Origin: the human T2T-CHM13v2.0 reference genome, Homo sapiens
Length of the DNA stretch: 64,000 nucleotides
Direction: 5' to 3' (one strand)
Assembly (NCBI RefSeq): GCF_009914755.1
Contig: NC_060928.1
A program made the position numbers and the translations under genes. The notes below the pieces were generated by a model, which was not told the origin of the DNA, searched no databases, and saw nothing but the letters and a program-made list of their open reading frames with translations. Positions 15,113-30,470 of the stretch are shown in pieces. Position 1 is the first letter of the stretch. Each line of letters begins with the position of its first letter.

Positions 15113-18100
15113 CAAAAGTTGCTCTGTTCTTTTATTTCAGACAAATTAGACTTTTCAAATTTTTTATGTCAGACAAAATAGACTTTTTAAACCAACAATG
15201 TCCAAAAATAACAAAGAGAGAAATTACATAATGATGAAGGGTTCAATTCAACAAGAAGACCTAATTATCCTAAATATATATGCACCCAATACTGGAGCAC
15301 TCACATTCATAACACAAGTTCTTAGAGACCTAGGAAGAGACCTAGATAACCACACAATAATAGTGGGAGGCTTCAAACCCCACTGACAGCGTAAGACAGA
15401 TCATTGAGGAAGAAAACTAACAAAGATATTAACGACCTAAACTTGACAATGGAACAAATGGACCTAACAGACATCTATAGAACACTCCACCCAACAAGAC
15501 AGAATACACATTTTCTCATCTGCACATGGCACATACTCTAAAATTGAGAACACACTCTACCGTAAAGCATTTTTTCAAAAAATTCATAACAAAACAAAAT
15601 CTAACCAACCACACTATCAGGCCAGAGTGCAATACAAATAGAAATCAATACCAAGATTTCTCAAAACCATACAATTACATGGAAATTAAACAACTGGAAC
15701 CTGAGTGACTTTTGGGTAAGCAATAAAATGAAGGGAGAAATCAAAACAAAATCTTTGAAACTAATGAAAATGAAGATACACTATACCAGAAACTCTGGGA
15801 CAAAACTCAGGCAGTCTTAAGGGGAAAGTTCATAGCATTACATGCCCAAATCAGAAAGTTAGAAAGATCTCAAATTAACAAACTAACATTACAATTACAG
15901 AAACTAGAAAAACAAGAGCAAACCAAAACCAAAGCTAGCAGAAGAAAATAAACAACCCAAATCAGTCAAACTGAACTAAATGGAGACACAAAAAATTACA
16001 CAAATGATTAATGAAATCAAAAGCTAATTATTTGAAAGAATAAATAAGATTGCTAGATCACTAGCTAGACTAACAAAAAAAACAGAAGATCCAAATAAAC
16101 ACAATCAGAAATGACAAAGGTGTGTTACCACCAACCACACAGAAATACAAAAAGCCCTCAGAGACTATTATGAACACATCTTTGCAAACACACTAGAAAA
16201 CCTGGAAGAAATGGATAAATTTCAGGAAACATACAACCTTCCAAGACTGAACCAGAAAGAAATTGAAATTCTGAACAGACCAATATGAGATCCAAAATTG
16301 AATTCATAATGAAAAAACTCCACCAAACAAGAAATGCCCTATCCAGACAGCTTCATAGCTGAATTCTACCACAAACAAAAGAAAACCTGGTATCAATCCT
16401 CTAAAATTATTTTAAAACATTGAGGAGAAGGAACTATTCTCTAACTCATTCTATGAGGCCTGCATTGTTCTGATACTAAAACCTGGAAATAGGAAATAAT
16501 GGAAAAAGAAAAATCCAGGCCAATATCCTTGATGAACATAGATGCAAAATTCCTCAACGAAATATTGAAAACCAAAACCAGAAGCACATCCAAATAATTC
16601 ACCATGATCAAGGAAGCTTTGTCCCTTGGATGCAAGATTGATTCAACATATGCAAATCAATAAATGTAATTCATCACGTAAATGAAACTAAAATCAAAAC
16701 AACATGATGATCTCAATAGACGCAGATAAAGCTTTTGATAAAATTCAACATCCCTTCATATTGAAAACCCTCAACAAACTAGGCATTGAAGGAACATCAA
16801 AATAATAGGAGCCATCAATAAAAATAAAACAAAACAACCACAGCCAATATCAGAGTGAATGGGCAAAAGTTGGAAGCAATCCCCTTGAAAACTAGAACAA
16901 GACGAGGATGCCCACTCACCACTCCTATTCAATATATTACTGGAAATCCTAGCCAGAGCAATCAGGTAAGAAGAGAAAGAAATAAAAGGCATCCAAATAG
17001 AAAGAGAGAAAGTCAAACTAGCCTTGTTTGCAGAGGATATAATTCTATACCTAGATAACCCCATAGTCTCTGCCCGAAGGCCCATACCTCTGATAAACAA
17101 TTTCAGCGAAGTTTCAGGATACAAAGTCAATGTACAAAAAGTCAGTAGCACTTCTATATACCAATGTGTCCAAGTTGAAAGCCAAATCAAGAATGCAATC
17201 CCAGTTATGATAGTCACAAAAAGGATAAAATACCTATGAATACACGTAACCAGAGAGGTAAAAGATCACTACAATGAGAATTTCAAAACACTGCTCAAAG
17301 AAATCAGGGATGACACATATAGAAAAACATTCCATGCTCACGAATAGGAAGAATCAATATTCTTAAAATGTTCATACTGATCAAGGCAATTTACAGATTG
17401 AATGGTATTCTTATCAAACAGCCAATGACATTTTTCATAGAATTAGAAAAAATTTATTCTAAAATTTCATATGGAACCAAGGAAAGAGCCCAGATAGCCA
17501 AAGCACCCTAAGCAAAAAGAATAAAGACAGAGGCATCACACTACCCTACTTCAAACTATATTAGAATGCTACAGTAACCAAAACAGCATGGCACTGGTAC
17601 AAAAACAGGCACACAGAGAATTAAGAATGCAGAAATAAAGCCACCCACCTACAGCCATCTGATCTTTGACAAATTCAACAATGAAAAACAATGAAGAAAA
17701 GACTCCGTATTCAATAAAGGGTGCTGTGATAACTGGCTAGCCATATGCAGAAGATTGAAACTGGAGTCCTTCCTTATACCATGTTAAGAAAGTCAAGATG
17801 GATTAAAGATTTAAATGTAAAACCTAAAATTATAAATCCCTGAAAAAAACTAGGAAATACCATCCTTGACTTTGGCCCTGGCAAAGATTTCATGACAAAG
17901 ACTCCAAAAGCAATTGCAACAAAAACAAAATTGACAAGTGAAACCTAATTAAAGAGCTTCTGAACACTGAAAGAAGCAATTGGCTAGTAAATAGAAAGCC
18001 TATATTATGGGAGAAAATATGTGCAAAGTACACATTCCACAAAGGTGTAATATCCAGAATCTGTAAGGAACTTAAATCAACAAGCAAAACACAACCCTAT

Positions 18101-18760
18101 TAAAAAATGAGCAAGGAACACGAACAGACATTCATGCAGCCAATAAGCATACGAAGAAATGCACAACATCCCTAACCATTAGAAAATGCAAATCAAAACT
18201 ATAATTAGATGCCATTTCACATCAGTTATAATGGCTATTATTAAAAAGTAAAAAAATAACAGGCTGGCAAGGTTGCAGAGAAAAGGGACCACTTATAGAC
18301 TGCTGATGGGAATGTAAATTAGTTTAGCCACTGTAGAAACCAGTTTGGAGATTTCTCAAAGAACTCAAAACACAACTACCATTTGACACAGCAATCCCAT
18401 TACTGAATGTATACCCAAAGGGATACAAATTGTTCAACCATAAAGACACATGCACTTGCATGTTCATTGCAGCATTATTTACAACAACAAAGACATAAAA
18501 TCAACATAAATCCCCATCAATAGTGGACTGGGTAAAGAAAATGTGATATATATATCTCTCACATTTATTCATATATAATGGAATACTAGGCAGCAATAAA
18601 TAAGAAAGAAATTGTATTCTTTGAAGCACTATGAATGCCACTGGAGGCCATTTTCCTAAGCAAATTAATGCAGGAAAAGAAAACCAAATACCCCATGTTC
18701 TATAATCAGTGGGAGCTAAACACTGAGTACATGTGGACACAAAGGAAGAAACAATAGTAC
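13150..18760 (+). mobile_element. Degenerate L1PA13-16-like element: partial 5' UTR, disrupted ORF1 (about 13800-14760) and ORF2 (about 14860-18700), truncated 3' UTR
   Basis: ORF fragments give ORF2 peptides (KGSIQQEDLIILNIYAPNTGA; FAEDIILYLDNP; NGQKLEAIPLKT), with many stops and frameshifts and no poly(A) tail. Confidence 0.95.
15067..15110 (+). repeat. A44 homopolymer inside L1 ORF2
   Basis: Counted directly. Confidence 0.95.
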
Positions 18761-18795
18761 CATATGTATAATCTTCATTGTTAACTATGTAAAAG

Positions 18796-19365
18796 TGTTA
18801 CAGGAAAGAAGCCCCAGTCCAGACTGCAAGAGAGGGTTCTTGGATCTCGCACAAAAAAAGAATTCAGGGTGAGTCCACAGAGTAAAGTGAAAGCAAGTTT
18901 ATTAAGAAAGTAAAGGAAAAAAAGAGAAAGGAATAAAAGAATGGCTACTCCATAGACAGAGCAGCCCCAAGGGCTGCTGGTTGCCCATTTTTATGGTTAT
19001 TTCTTGATGATATGCTAAACAAGGGGTGGATTATTCATACCTCCCATTTTTAGACCATATAGGGTAACTTCCTAACATTGCCATGGCATTTATACACTGT
19101 TGTGGTCCTGGTGGGAGTGTAGCAGTGAGGATGACCAGAGGTCACTCCCATGGCCATCTCGGTTTTGGTGGGTTTTGGCCAGCTTCTTTATTGCAACCTA
19201 TTTTATCAGCAAGGTCTTTATGACCTGTATCTTGTGCTGACCTCCTATTTCATCCGGTGACTTAGAATGCTTTAACCATCTGGGAATGCAGCCCAATACA
19301 TCTCAGCCTCATTTTACCCAGCTCCTATTTAAGATGAAGTTGCTCTGGTTCACACTCCTCTGACA
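18796..19365 (-). mobile_element. MER41A-like solo LTR
   Basis: tgttacaggaaag...gggttcttggatctcgc...ctcctctgaca; 570 bp; flanks aaag / aaac. Confidence 0.92.
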
Positions 19366-19691
19366 AAACTGCCAGAAAATGAAATTTTTTAGGGGTTTAC
19401 TTAGTATCTTGAATGATAAAACACACCAAAATGAATTTAGACCTCATTCTCCTTTCTTATTCTAATATTCTAAAGCGTCTTCCTTGTGATTCAACTGATA
19501 AATGTTTTGAACTTCAAAAATCAAAAGATGAGTTCTTTGGCAATAAAGCGGAACTTGCTAATTTATAGCTGATATGTCTTAATGAATAAAACTCTGATTT
19601 ATGAAATTTGAAAATATGTTTAAAGATAATTATTGTAATTTTTAGTTTTTTATTAAATTAGTATGTTATACTGTAAAATAGAATATATAAA

Positions 19692-20315
19692 AGTCTACTC
19701 TTATTATTTGTGATACTAATGTTCTATAAAAATACTACAAACACTGGATTAACAAACACTGAGCCTCTACTCCTAAGGGAAATACAGGGTTAAGTTCCTA
19801 TGAACCTATGGTCACATTTTTATCACTTAGTCAGTATGTAACTCTATTTTATGTATTCTTCTGTTTAAAGACACATTTTAAAATATATATATTATTAATT
19901 TATTAACATTGAACTCATGGCCAACAGCATTTCAACTCATGCCTGAATGAACTTTATCTAACATGCATTTTTCCCCTAAATTATGTCACAGCCTCCTTGC
20001 ACCTAGGAAACACTAGACGGCACTTCAACACTACAACTGAGGGCCATTAAAGAAGTGAAATCATCAACAACCAAAGCACAGAAATGAGAAAAAGAGGGCA
20101 TTAGTTTATACTGATGAGAGCTAAAACAAAAAGGCAGAGCATCACCTTGTTCAATTTCTGCCGCACATCTGGCAACTCAAAATTTTCTTTGCTCTGTGCA
20201 TGTCCACAAATGTTTAAAAAAGAGTCACAAGTATTGATTTTGGTGTTACAAGTAAATTTTAGTGAGTAGGCAAAATTGCAGATATGGAATCTATGAATAA
20301 TGAAGATTGAAGATT
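19692..20315 (+). mobile_element. MER82 TcMar-Tigger MITE
   Basis: ctcctaagggaaatacagggttaagttcc and attgaactcatggccaacagca motifs; degenerate terminal inverted repeats. Confidence 0.85.
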
Positions 20316-21331
20316 GTGTGTATACATATATGTATATGTGTGTATATACGTGTGTGTAAATAAACATATGTGTCGAATAAATATTCTGCAGGAGATGTTT
20401 ATAAGATTCTTTGGCTTTATGAGTTCTTTTATCTTTTTTTTTTATCTTTTTTATTTTTAAGAAATATCTTAGTGAATGGCCTTTCCATTTATCCAATGAC
20501 CCACATTGGTAACCAGGAGTGATCTTTGAGTTTATCCATATTATTGGATGCAATTAATCATGATGTGTTTGTTAAAAAATTTTTTGATTGTGTGTCACAA
20601 AATATCAGCAAAAAGTAGTTTGAGTATGGAGTGTAATTTATAATAAAGACTCAAGCATCACTCATGGAAATCAAAGTAAAAATCAAGTGGGCGTCTATAT
20701 TGAACTGAAACCAAGTATTTCAGTATTTTCAGGTTCTTTTTCTACTTTTCTTGCTTCTATTTGTCTGCAATTCTTATCATTCATGCCTCTCATTAGATTA
20801 CTTTTCTCCATAGTGAGCATAACAGACTATAGCCACCCACGTTTGGTAAATGAACAAAATTTGTAAGAGAATAGAGATAACATTGTTCCCACCCCACCCC
20901 CCAATAGGTCAGCTTCGCAAATTCATGGAGTATACCTTTTACTGGTTATAGGAAAGTGTTGAACAACTGTTGAGTCAATTTTCTGGAACTGAGTATTCTT
21001 AAACAGGATAAATTTTTATTCTACTAATATTAAATGAATAAGTTTTTGTTGCTAACCATATTAATGTCCCAGCTATTACCCTGAAATAATTTATGAAGCA
21101 GTCACAAAGGCAGTGTTTAAATATGCTGTAAGATATAAGGATAATTCTGCTATTAAACATTGATCAATCACATCTGTTATATATATACCCATCACATCTT
21201 AAATTTTTGAATTATGAGAGGTTGTACTATAAATCTGAAATTAAAACAACAACACAACTTTATTAGCTCAGATGCATTTTCATTACAAAAATGTAACTCA
21301 TTGAGAATAATGCTTTTTTCTTCCTACTTAA

Positions 21332-21704
<373 letters not shown>

Positions 21705-22075
21705 AAGAATTATCATTATTTTTATAATCACCTTTGATTAGAATATACTTTCATTTGGGCACACAAACCTAAAATTATATATGGTAAATTTCTAAACTGA
21801 AAAAGAGTAAAGCTGTTTGTATAATCCTAATAGTAGCATTATCATCTATTAAAATTATATCAAGATTTAGAATTTGTTAGACAATTAATTATAGAAAACT
21901 TTGCATATGAGTAGATGAATGTACGTACTTTTCTCAAATTTTTTACCTTTTGGTAAACCATGTGTATAATTCAGTTTGTGCATTACATGTGTTCCATTAC
22001 ATATATACCAGGCTGGCTTCTATTATCATAGGGCCTCCTCTTATGAGTTATGCTCCCAAACCATAGTAGCTATAC

Positions 22076-23030
22076 TGACAAAAAAAAAAAAAAAAAAACC
22101 CTCAACCCTGTAAAATATTTTTAAAAGTTTATTCTGAGCCAGATATGAGTAACAACAGCCCACGGCACAGTCTCAAGAAGTTCTGAGAAGCTGTGCTCAA
22201 GGTGATTGGGTTACAGCTTGATTTCATACATTTTAGGGAGACATAAGACATCAACTAATATATTTGAGGTAAACATTGGTTTGGCCTGGAAAGATGGGAC
22301 AACTCAAAACAGGGGCACGGAGAGGGTTATAGCTCATAGATGGATTTAAAGATTTCCTGATTGGCAGTTGGTTGAAAGAGCTAACTTATTATCTAAAAAC
22401 CTGGAATCAACAGAAAGGAGTGTCTTGGTTAAGACAAGGGATTGTGGAGACCAAGGTTCTTATTACGTAGATGAGTCTCATAGGTGGCCTACCCTTAGAG
22501 ACAAGAGATGGCAAATATTTCCTATTCAGACTTTTAAAAGTTGCTAGACTTTTAGTTAATGTCTTCAGCGCTGGGAGGGACTGGAAGGGGAAAGATCTAG
22601 TTATGTTAATAAAGATTCTTTACAGATACAAATTTTCCCCCATGAAAGACTGCTTTGCAGGGCCATTTTAAAATATGAAAAACTGACATAATTGGGCGTA
22701 AAATATTTTGATTTCTTTATTTATCTGTCATGTGATATTATCTAGTATATCACATATCTAGCATGTGATATACTAGAGTCTGGCTGGAGTTTGGAATCTT
22801 ATGGTTACAAAGAGTCTGTTTTGTCACTCTTATTATGATCTCTGTTTTAATGTTAATGCTGGTCAATTGTGCCTCAACTCCAAAGGGAGGAAAGTATAAT
22901 GAGGCATGGCCTATCTCTTCCTTTCTGTCATAGCCTGATGTAGTTTTCCAGGTTCCTTTGGGTCCCCTTGGCTGAGAGCGGAGTCCATTCGGTCAGCTGG
23001 GGGAATTTAGACTTTTAATTTTGGTTTACA
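22076..23030 (-). mobile_element. MER4-family (MER4D/E-like) solo LTR
   Basis: tttattctgagcca...atacattttagggagacat and terminus ttttggtttaca. Confidence 0.85.
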
Positions 23031-24014
23031 GGTATGTGTTAAGGGAAAAAAAGTAAGATTTAATGTTAACATAATTAAAATGTGAGTATATTGCTTTGTA
23101 TACATATAAACAAAAGGTACCAAATAGTAAACTAGTTAATTAACATCCATACAACTGACCACTTATTTTATTTACATACATAAAAACTTGGTTAGAAAAA
23201 GAAATTCAAATCAATAGTCATCCATATGTATAATTTATTATACTACACTTCCCCCCACTAGCTACTCACCTCAATTCTTAAAATTTAGTACTAATGTTTA
23301 TGATGGAGGTTTACAGGTCATAACAACTAGCCTTTTGCTACCGCTCATAAAAATAAACCCCTCAGAATCTATGCATTGTCTTTCTTTACAGTAGTGTATA
23401 ATGTGGTTGGGGTCTTCATAACATTTATGCCATAGGGCCATATGTTGTTTTGAAATTAATCTTCCTTGGGGTGATTCATGTCAGTCATTTAGCCTCAAGT
23501 TTTGATGGTACTCAGGAAAGATTTCTACCAAATGTCAACTTAAGCACTATCTGCAAGTGCCAGAAATTTTCCCAAGAATATTTTTGTTGTGAATTCGGAA
23601 CCCAGAGACTAGATTTTAAATGCAGGGAAAAACAGATAAGAGAGAGGAAGAGCAAATAATTCTCCCTGACAAGCACTTAATTAGCATCTTAATAGGGTAT
23701 CTACACTCCTGAGAAGTTGTGCTGATGCATGCCCTATCTTAAAAGGGCACCATGCTAGAGTTTCTTTTCTCTTTTGTAAGAGGCTCTTGGTTGTTTTTCT
23801 GCAATAGCAACTGAATGCTGAAGTAATATTTAGGTAATATCCTGAGAGATAAATCTCCTTTGCTGCTCAAAAGGCACTGGAATCATTAGAATAACTGTCA
23901 GGATAAGTGGCGAATTAAGTGAAGTAAACCTATTGGGAAGGGTTTATTATTACTCTGTTTTAGATCTATATTTTCCTTGTCTTGGTATTTGTGTCTTATT
24001 CTAGGTGAATAACA

Positions 24015-25850
24015 ACATCAAGAAGAAAATGGAAGCTATCAGAAAAGCCTCTACCATCCCCACCACATCTACCTGTCTACCTGTGTGTGTTCCTAAACTC
24101 CAGCTTCTCTCATGAAAGAACTCTCCATGCATCTGGCTTAAGGTCATCCCATCCCTGATCTCCACTTAAGGTAATTGTTCCAGCAATTATCCTTCCCTCT
24201 TGCATCCTTGATTTTTCCTTACCTAAGAAATCATACCATCAGCATACAAATATACTGTTATTTCTCCCATCTTAAAACAAAGAGCAAAAAGACTCCTCAA
24301 AAACCTTTGTTTCCACTTTCTCTTCTAGTTTGTGCACCATTTCTCTACTAATAATTGGAGCAAAACTCCTTGAAAGAGTTCCGCATACTTCCTATATTTC
24401 CCAATGTCCTCCTCCTATTTTCTCTCAAACACTTTTTATTCATTTCTTTTGTCCCCACTTCTCCCTCAGAACTATTCTTAGCAAGGTTATGATAACCTCC
24501 ACTTTGTTAAATCCTACAGTGATTTCTCAATGCTCAATTTTCTTGACCTGTCAATACAAGTTAACAGAATTAGATTTCTCCTCCCTTTAACACTTGCTTC
24601 ATTTGGCATCCAGGACACGACATTCACCTGGTTATGCCTTGTAAGTCCCTTTGCTGTTTTCTCCTTTTCTCTCAGGCATCTTAGTGTCAAAAGCCTCTTT
24701 TCTCTATTTTTACTTATTCCTTTGGTAATCTTATCCAGTCTCATGATTCAGAATATCATGTATATGCTGAAGGCTTTAAAGTTAATGTCTCTACCTTAAA
24801 TCTCTCCACTGAATTTTGAGTCATCTGCCTACTTTGAATGTTCAATAAGCATCGCACATCTTGGGAGGATTCCTTGATCCCAGGAGTTTCAGACCCTGAA
24901 AAAAAAAAAAAAGAAGGCGGGGCATCTCAAGTTGACCATGACCACACTTAGTTCTTAATGTCTCCCAGAAAACCTGTCTTTCCTGTAGTTTTCCTCATCA
25001 AAATTTATGGAAACTCCATACCTTCAGTTGCCAAGGACCAAAATGGGTGGTATTATCTTTGATTTTTCTGTCTTTTTCACCCCACATTCGAGGCAAATTC
25101 TATTGATTATATGATCACAATATATCTGTGAATCAAATACTTCTCATCTCCTTACCTACTACCACCAGTGTCTAACAACCCATTTCATGACTGTATTATT
25201 CTAATAGTCTTTTCATTGTCCTTCTTCCTTCTACCTTTGACCTCCACCCTACTTCAAGCCCTGTAGTTTATTCTCAAGAAAGCACCCAGGAATCCTGTAA
25301 AAAAAAAAAAAAAAAAGTCCAATCATGTCATTCTAATGCTAAAAAGTCCATAAAGTCTTCTCATTTCAGTTGGAGTAAATGCTGAAGTCTTTAACATGAC
25401 ATATTAGACCCGATAGGACTCTCCTCTCATTTCTGCAACATCTTCTGCTATTATTTTTTTTTTCTTGTTCACTGTGCTTCAACCATGCAGGTCTCCTCAC
25501 TGTTACTTTATGCACCCTCCTGCAACAGAGCATTGGCTCTTGGTATTCCTTTTGCCACCAAGGCTCTTCACTTAGAGGTTCACGTGCTCAGCTCCCTTAC
25601 TTCAGTCATGTCTCTAGGGTCACCTGCTCAAGAAAACCTTGACTGAACACTCTATTTAAGCTTTTACTATTCCCCAACTCCCTCTGCTAAGCTCCCTATT
25701 CTCCCTTGTTGCTCTATTTTTCTCTTTAGCATTTGCCACCATATTTACTTATTTATCTTGGTTATTGTCTACACTAGAATGTGATGGAGAATGGAAATGT
25801 TTCTGTTTTCTACACTGCCTGACGCATTGTGGTCAATTAATTTTTTTAAA
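24015..25850 (+). mobile_element. L2 (L2a-like) reverse-transcriptase region and 3' end
   Basis: Pyrimidine-rich L2 motifs (gcaaaactccttgaaagagtt; ttggcatccaggacac; cactagaatgtga). Confidence 0.8.
24860..24915 (+). mobile_element. Very short Alu/FLAM fragment with A tail, inside L2
   Basis: gggaggattccttgatcccaggagtttcagacc plus an A run, flanked by gcatcgcac / gcatctcaa. Confidence 0.65.
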
Positions 25851-25984
25851 TAAAAAAGTAATACTTATTATTGCTACTTATTGGGTTTGCACACAAGATA
25901 AAGGAAATGATAGCTCAGTCTATCAGCAGCATGTTTACAATCAGTTAAGTTTGCTTGCTCATAGTCTCTAAGTCAGAACCCTGG

Positions 25985-26346
25985 TGCTACAGATTGAATG
26001 TGTCTCTCAAATTTCATGTGCTAAAAATGTAATCCTCAAATTTGTATGTTCACAAGTGGTGGAATATTTAAGAGGTAATCAGGATTAGATAAGGTGATTG
26101 GTGTGATGGGACCAGTGGCTTTATAAGTAAAGGAAGACAGACCTGAGCTGGCATACATGCTCTTGCCCTCTCACCACATGATGCCCTCTGCTATGGCTTG
26201 CTGCAGCAAAAGGGCTCTTGTCAGATGCAGACCTGTCAACCTGGGACTTCCTGACCTCCAGAATTGTGAGCTAAATAAAGTTGTATTCTTTGTAACATAT
26301 CCAGTCAGCAGTATTCAGTTATAGCAACAGAAAATGGACTACGACA
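25985..26346 (+). mobile_element. MSTC-like solo LTR
   Basis: tgctacagattgaatgtgtc...gaaaatggactacgaca with perfect 5 bp TSD cctgg. Confidence 0.88.
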
Positions 26347-26490
26347 CCTGGGTTTATATATATAAAAATATATTAACTGGTATGTTATTTTAACTGGTAT
26401 TGTTATATTTTAGTGGCAGTATTAAGATATAATTAGGCAAATGGTGGCAATTGAAAATAGCCCGTAGGAAAGGAGAATAGCTCAGAGAAG

Positions 26491-27172
26491 TATGAAAATA
26501 TGAGGTATGCAAAATGTATTAGGCCGAGAGAGACAAGAGTATGTGACTGAAGTCATCTTCCTCCCACCCATGCCTGGGGCACTTGTTTTTGTTTTTGGAT
26601 TTTTTTTTGAGACAGGGTCTCACTCTATCACCCTGCTGGCTAGAGCACAGTGGCACAATCGTAGCTCCCCTTAACCTTAACCTCCTGGGCTTGGGTGATC
26701 TACCCACCTCAGCATTCTGAGTAGCTGTGACTACAGATGTGCACCACCCTGCCCGTCTAATTTTTTGTATTTTTATTAGAGATAGAGTTTTGCCATATTG
26801 CCCAAGCTGTTCTTAAATTCCTGGGCTCAACCAATCTGTCCACCTCAGCCTCCCAAAGTGCTGGGATTACAGGCGTGAGCCACCGCGCCCAGCCAGGCAA
26901 TTGTTTCAAAGCATTTTTTTCTTTTTACCCCTCCCTATAGTTTCCAGACTGATAAATTAACTACATAATTTATAAATTTATAATAACTGATAAATTACCT
27001 AAAATGTTACCACAGGTTGCACAATGTGACCCTCACTCATTATCTTCATGTTCCTGAAATTAGTGATACAAAGAACAATGTATAGCCGATTAATAGCTTA
27101 TGTTATTTTAATGTAAACACTTGGTATAAAAACTTAAAAACTGCCCCTTTTTTTTCCATTTAAAACCCACTC
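26491..27172 (+). mobile_element. ERV1-type LTR fragment (MER65/MER34 group, family uncertain) interrupted by AluJ
   Basis: gaacaatgtatagccgattaatagcttatgttattttaatgtaaa motif; 3' end missing. Confidence 0.55.
26590..26894 (-). mobile_element. AluJ
   Basis: gacagggtctcact, atcgtagctc, ctcctgggc; TSD ggcacttgttt / ggcaattgttt. Confidence 0.95.
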
Positions 27173-28899
27173 ACGATTTAATGAAGAGAATGGATTAATC
27201 CAAAAGAACGAATCTTCTCAAGAAGAAACTTTGTCAGCACTCAAAAGAAACAATGTTTTTTATATGTAGTTCTCAGAATTGTTTGTGGTAATTAAAAAAA
27301 AATCATTGACGAATTTTGTTATGGTTTTCTACAGTTTTATAAACAAATGGTACGTCTCATATATAAACCAATATTTTTGTATCTAAAGTCAGTGTAATCT
27401 CAATGTCCTAGCCTTGTGTATTGTAGCCACTCATTAATATTTGTTGAATTAATAAATAAAGATTAATACCTAACCTCAAAATATGAATCTAAGGAAGTAG
27501 GCATTCATATAAGTACAGCTAATATTTAGCTAAGAAACTTGTGTAAAATTAACATCATTGATAATCTTTGTGAGGTTAAGTATACACATGTGTTAAAGAG
27601 AAGAAGCATATTTTTAAGCCAAGTTACAGAACAGATATTCAAATAGAGAATGTTTTCTGAGTTTTTGTGAGCACATGAAATTATCAACCTGCAAAATGCC
27701 TTACTTACAACTATAGACCGTATTAGGGCTTTCACTGATACCGATATTTACTTTTAGGATTTCTAGGATTCTGTAGTCAAGTTTTAAAAGTTACTTTTGC
27801 AGCACAGTTAGACTTAACTTTGAATCGTATCTACCTGTCATCACTAAAGCAAAAAACAGCTGTAAGAATAAATAAGAGGAAAATATAGGTTCTCACTGTG
27901 AAACTGGATGACAGGAACCTACTTAAACAAGACAAAAAAAATTGACACTTTGGATTTTTTTCACTAAAATAAAAATCCATGAATTATACCACAGCAGGAA
28001 AAAAATGGAAAGTTCTCATAAGGCAGAAAAATGGCCACCAATTTCAAATGAGGAAAAAAGTGTCCTGTTTCATAGTAATTTAATTATTTAAAGAGAATAT
28101 CTCAAAAAGGTTTTATAGATATATAGGCTAAAAAACTAAAACTCCAACAATTCACTTTGGGCGTTTTTGTTTCACTCTTATATTTGTTCTTCAAAGGAAA
28201 AAAAACAACAAGAAGCAAACTCAAGAAAGATATTATCTATATACCGTATGATATAGTCCTTCCACAAATATGTGTAGATCACCTAAAATATGGCAGGCAC
28301 AAGTACTTATTAAAAGCCTACTATTTGCTAAGTTGTGAACTAGATGCTGAAAATATAAGTACACACAAGACCAGTCGCTTATCTCAAGGAGTTTAAAGTA
28401 TGCAGATGCCCACGTGGACACAAGATACAGAGATACAAGATACAGCATGTGCACTTGCACTTCCTGTCCTTAAGGAATCACCTTGAAAGGGTACCAGAAA
28501 GCTTTTAAAATGGTTCTCTTTAGAATCCTAAGCACATATTGTAATATTCCAAATGGAAGCATATGACAACTTCTCTATATTTCTCCTCTTTGCCTCAACT
28601 AAAACCTGGCTGGTCTTCAAATACCAAATACCTTCAAATAGTCCTTTCAAGAACAAGCTTATTCGTTGTCCCACACCCCAAATTCCTAAAGCAATTGCAA
28701 CATTATCTCAATTTCTCTTTGCCAGTTCTAGATCATTATTTTTCTATATTTATGCAAGAAAAACCCCTTCATCCTTTAAAACTTACAGCATCCAAATTTG
28801 GTACCCTCTAAATTTTCTCCTTTCTGACATGTTTCTGATAATTCAATCTTCCCTCATATTCATTGAGGAGTTTGGCCCATGGTTTACATTCTTCTTTCC

Positions 28900-30470
<1,571 letters not shown>

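Noticed and set aside
13800-18700. L1 ORF1 and ORF2 as functional CDS
   Set aside because: Fragmented by many stops and frameshifts.
18796-19365. MER41 as an interferon-inducible STAT1 enhancer
   Set aside because: This copy is the shorter MER41A-type, and I do not see the tandem GAS motifs of MER41B.
20101-20553. 150 aa minus-strand ORF
   Set aside because: It runs through low-complexity TA/TG sequence and MER82; a chance ORF.
27174-27270. Short protein-like frame (RFNEENGLIQKNESSQEETLSALKR)
   Set aside because: No splice sites, no recognised homology and only about 30 codons.
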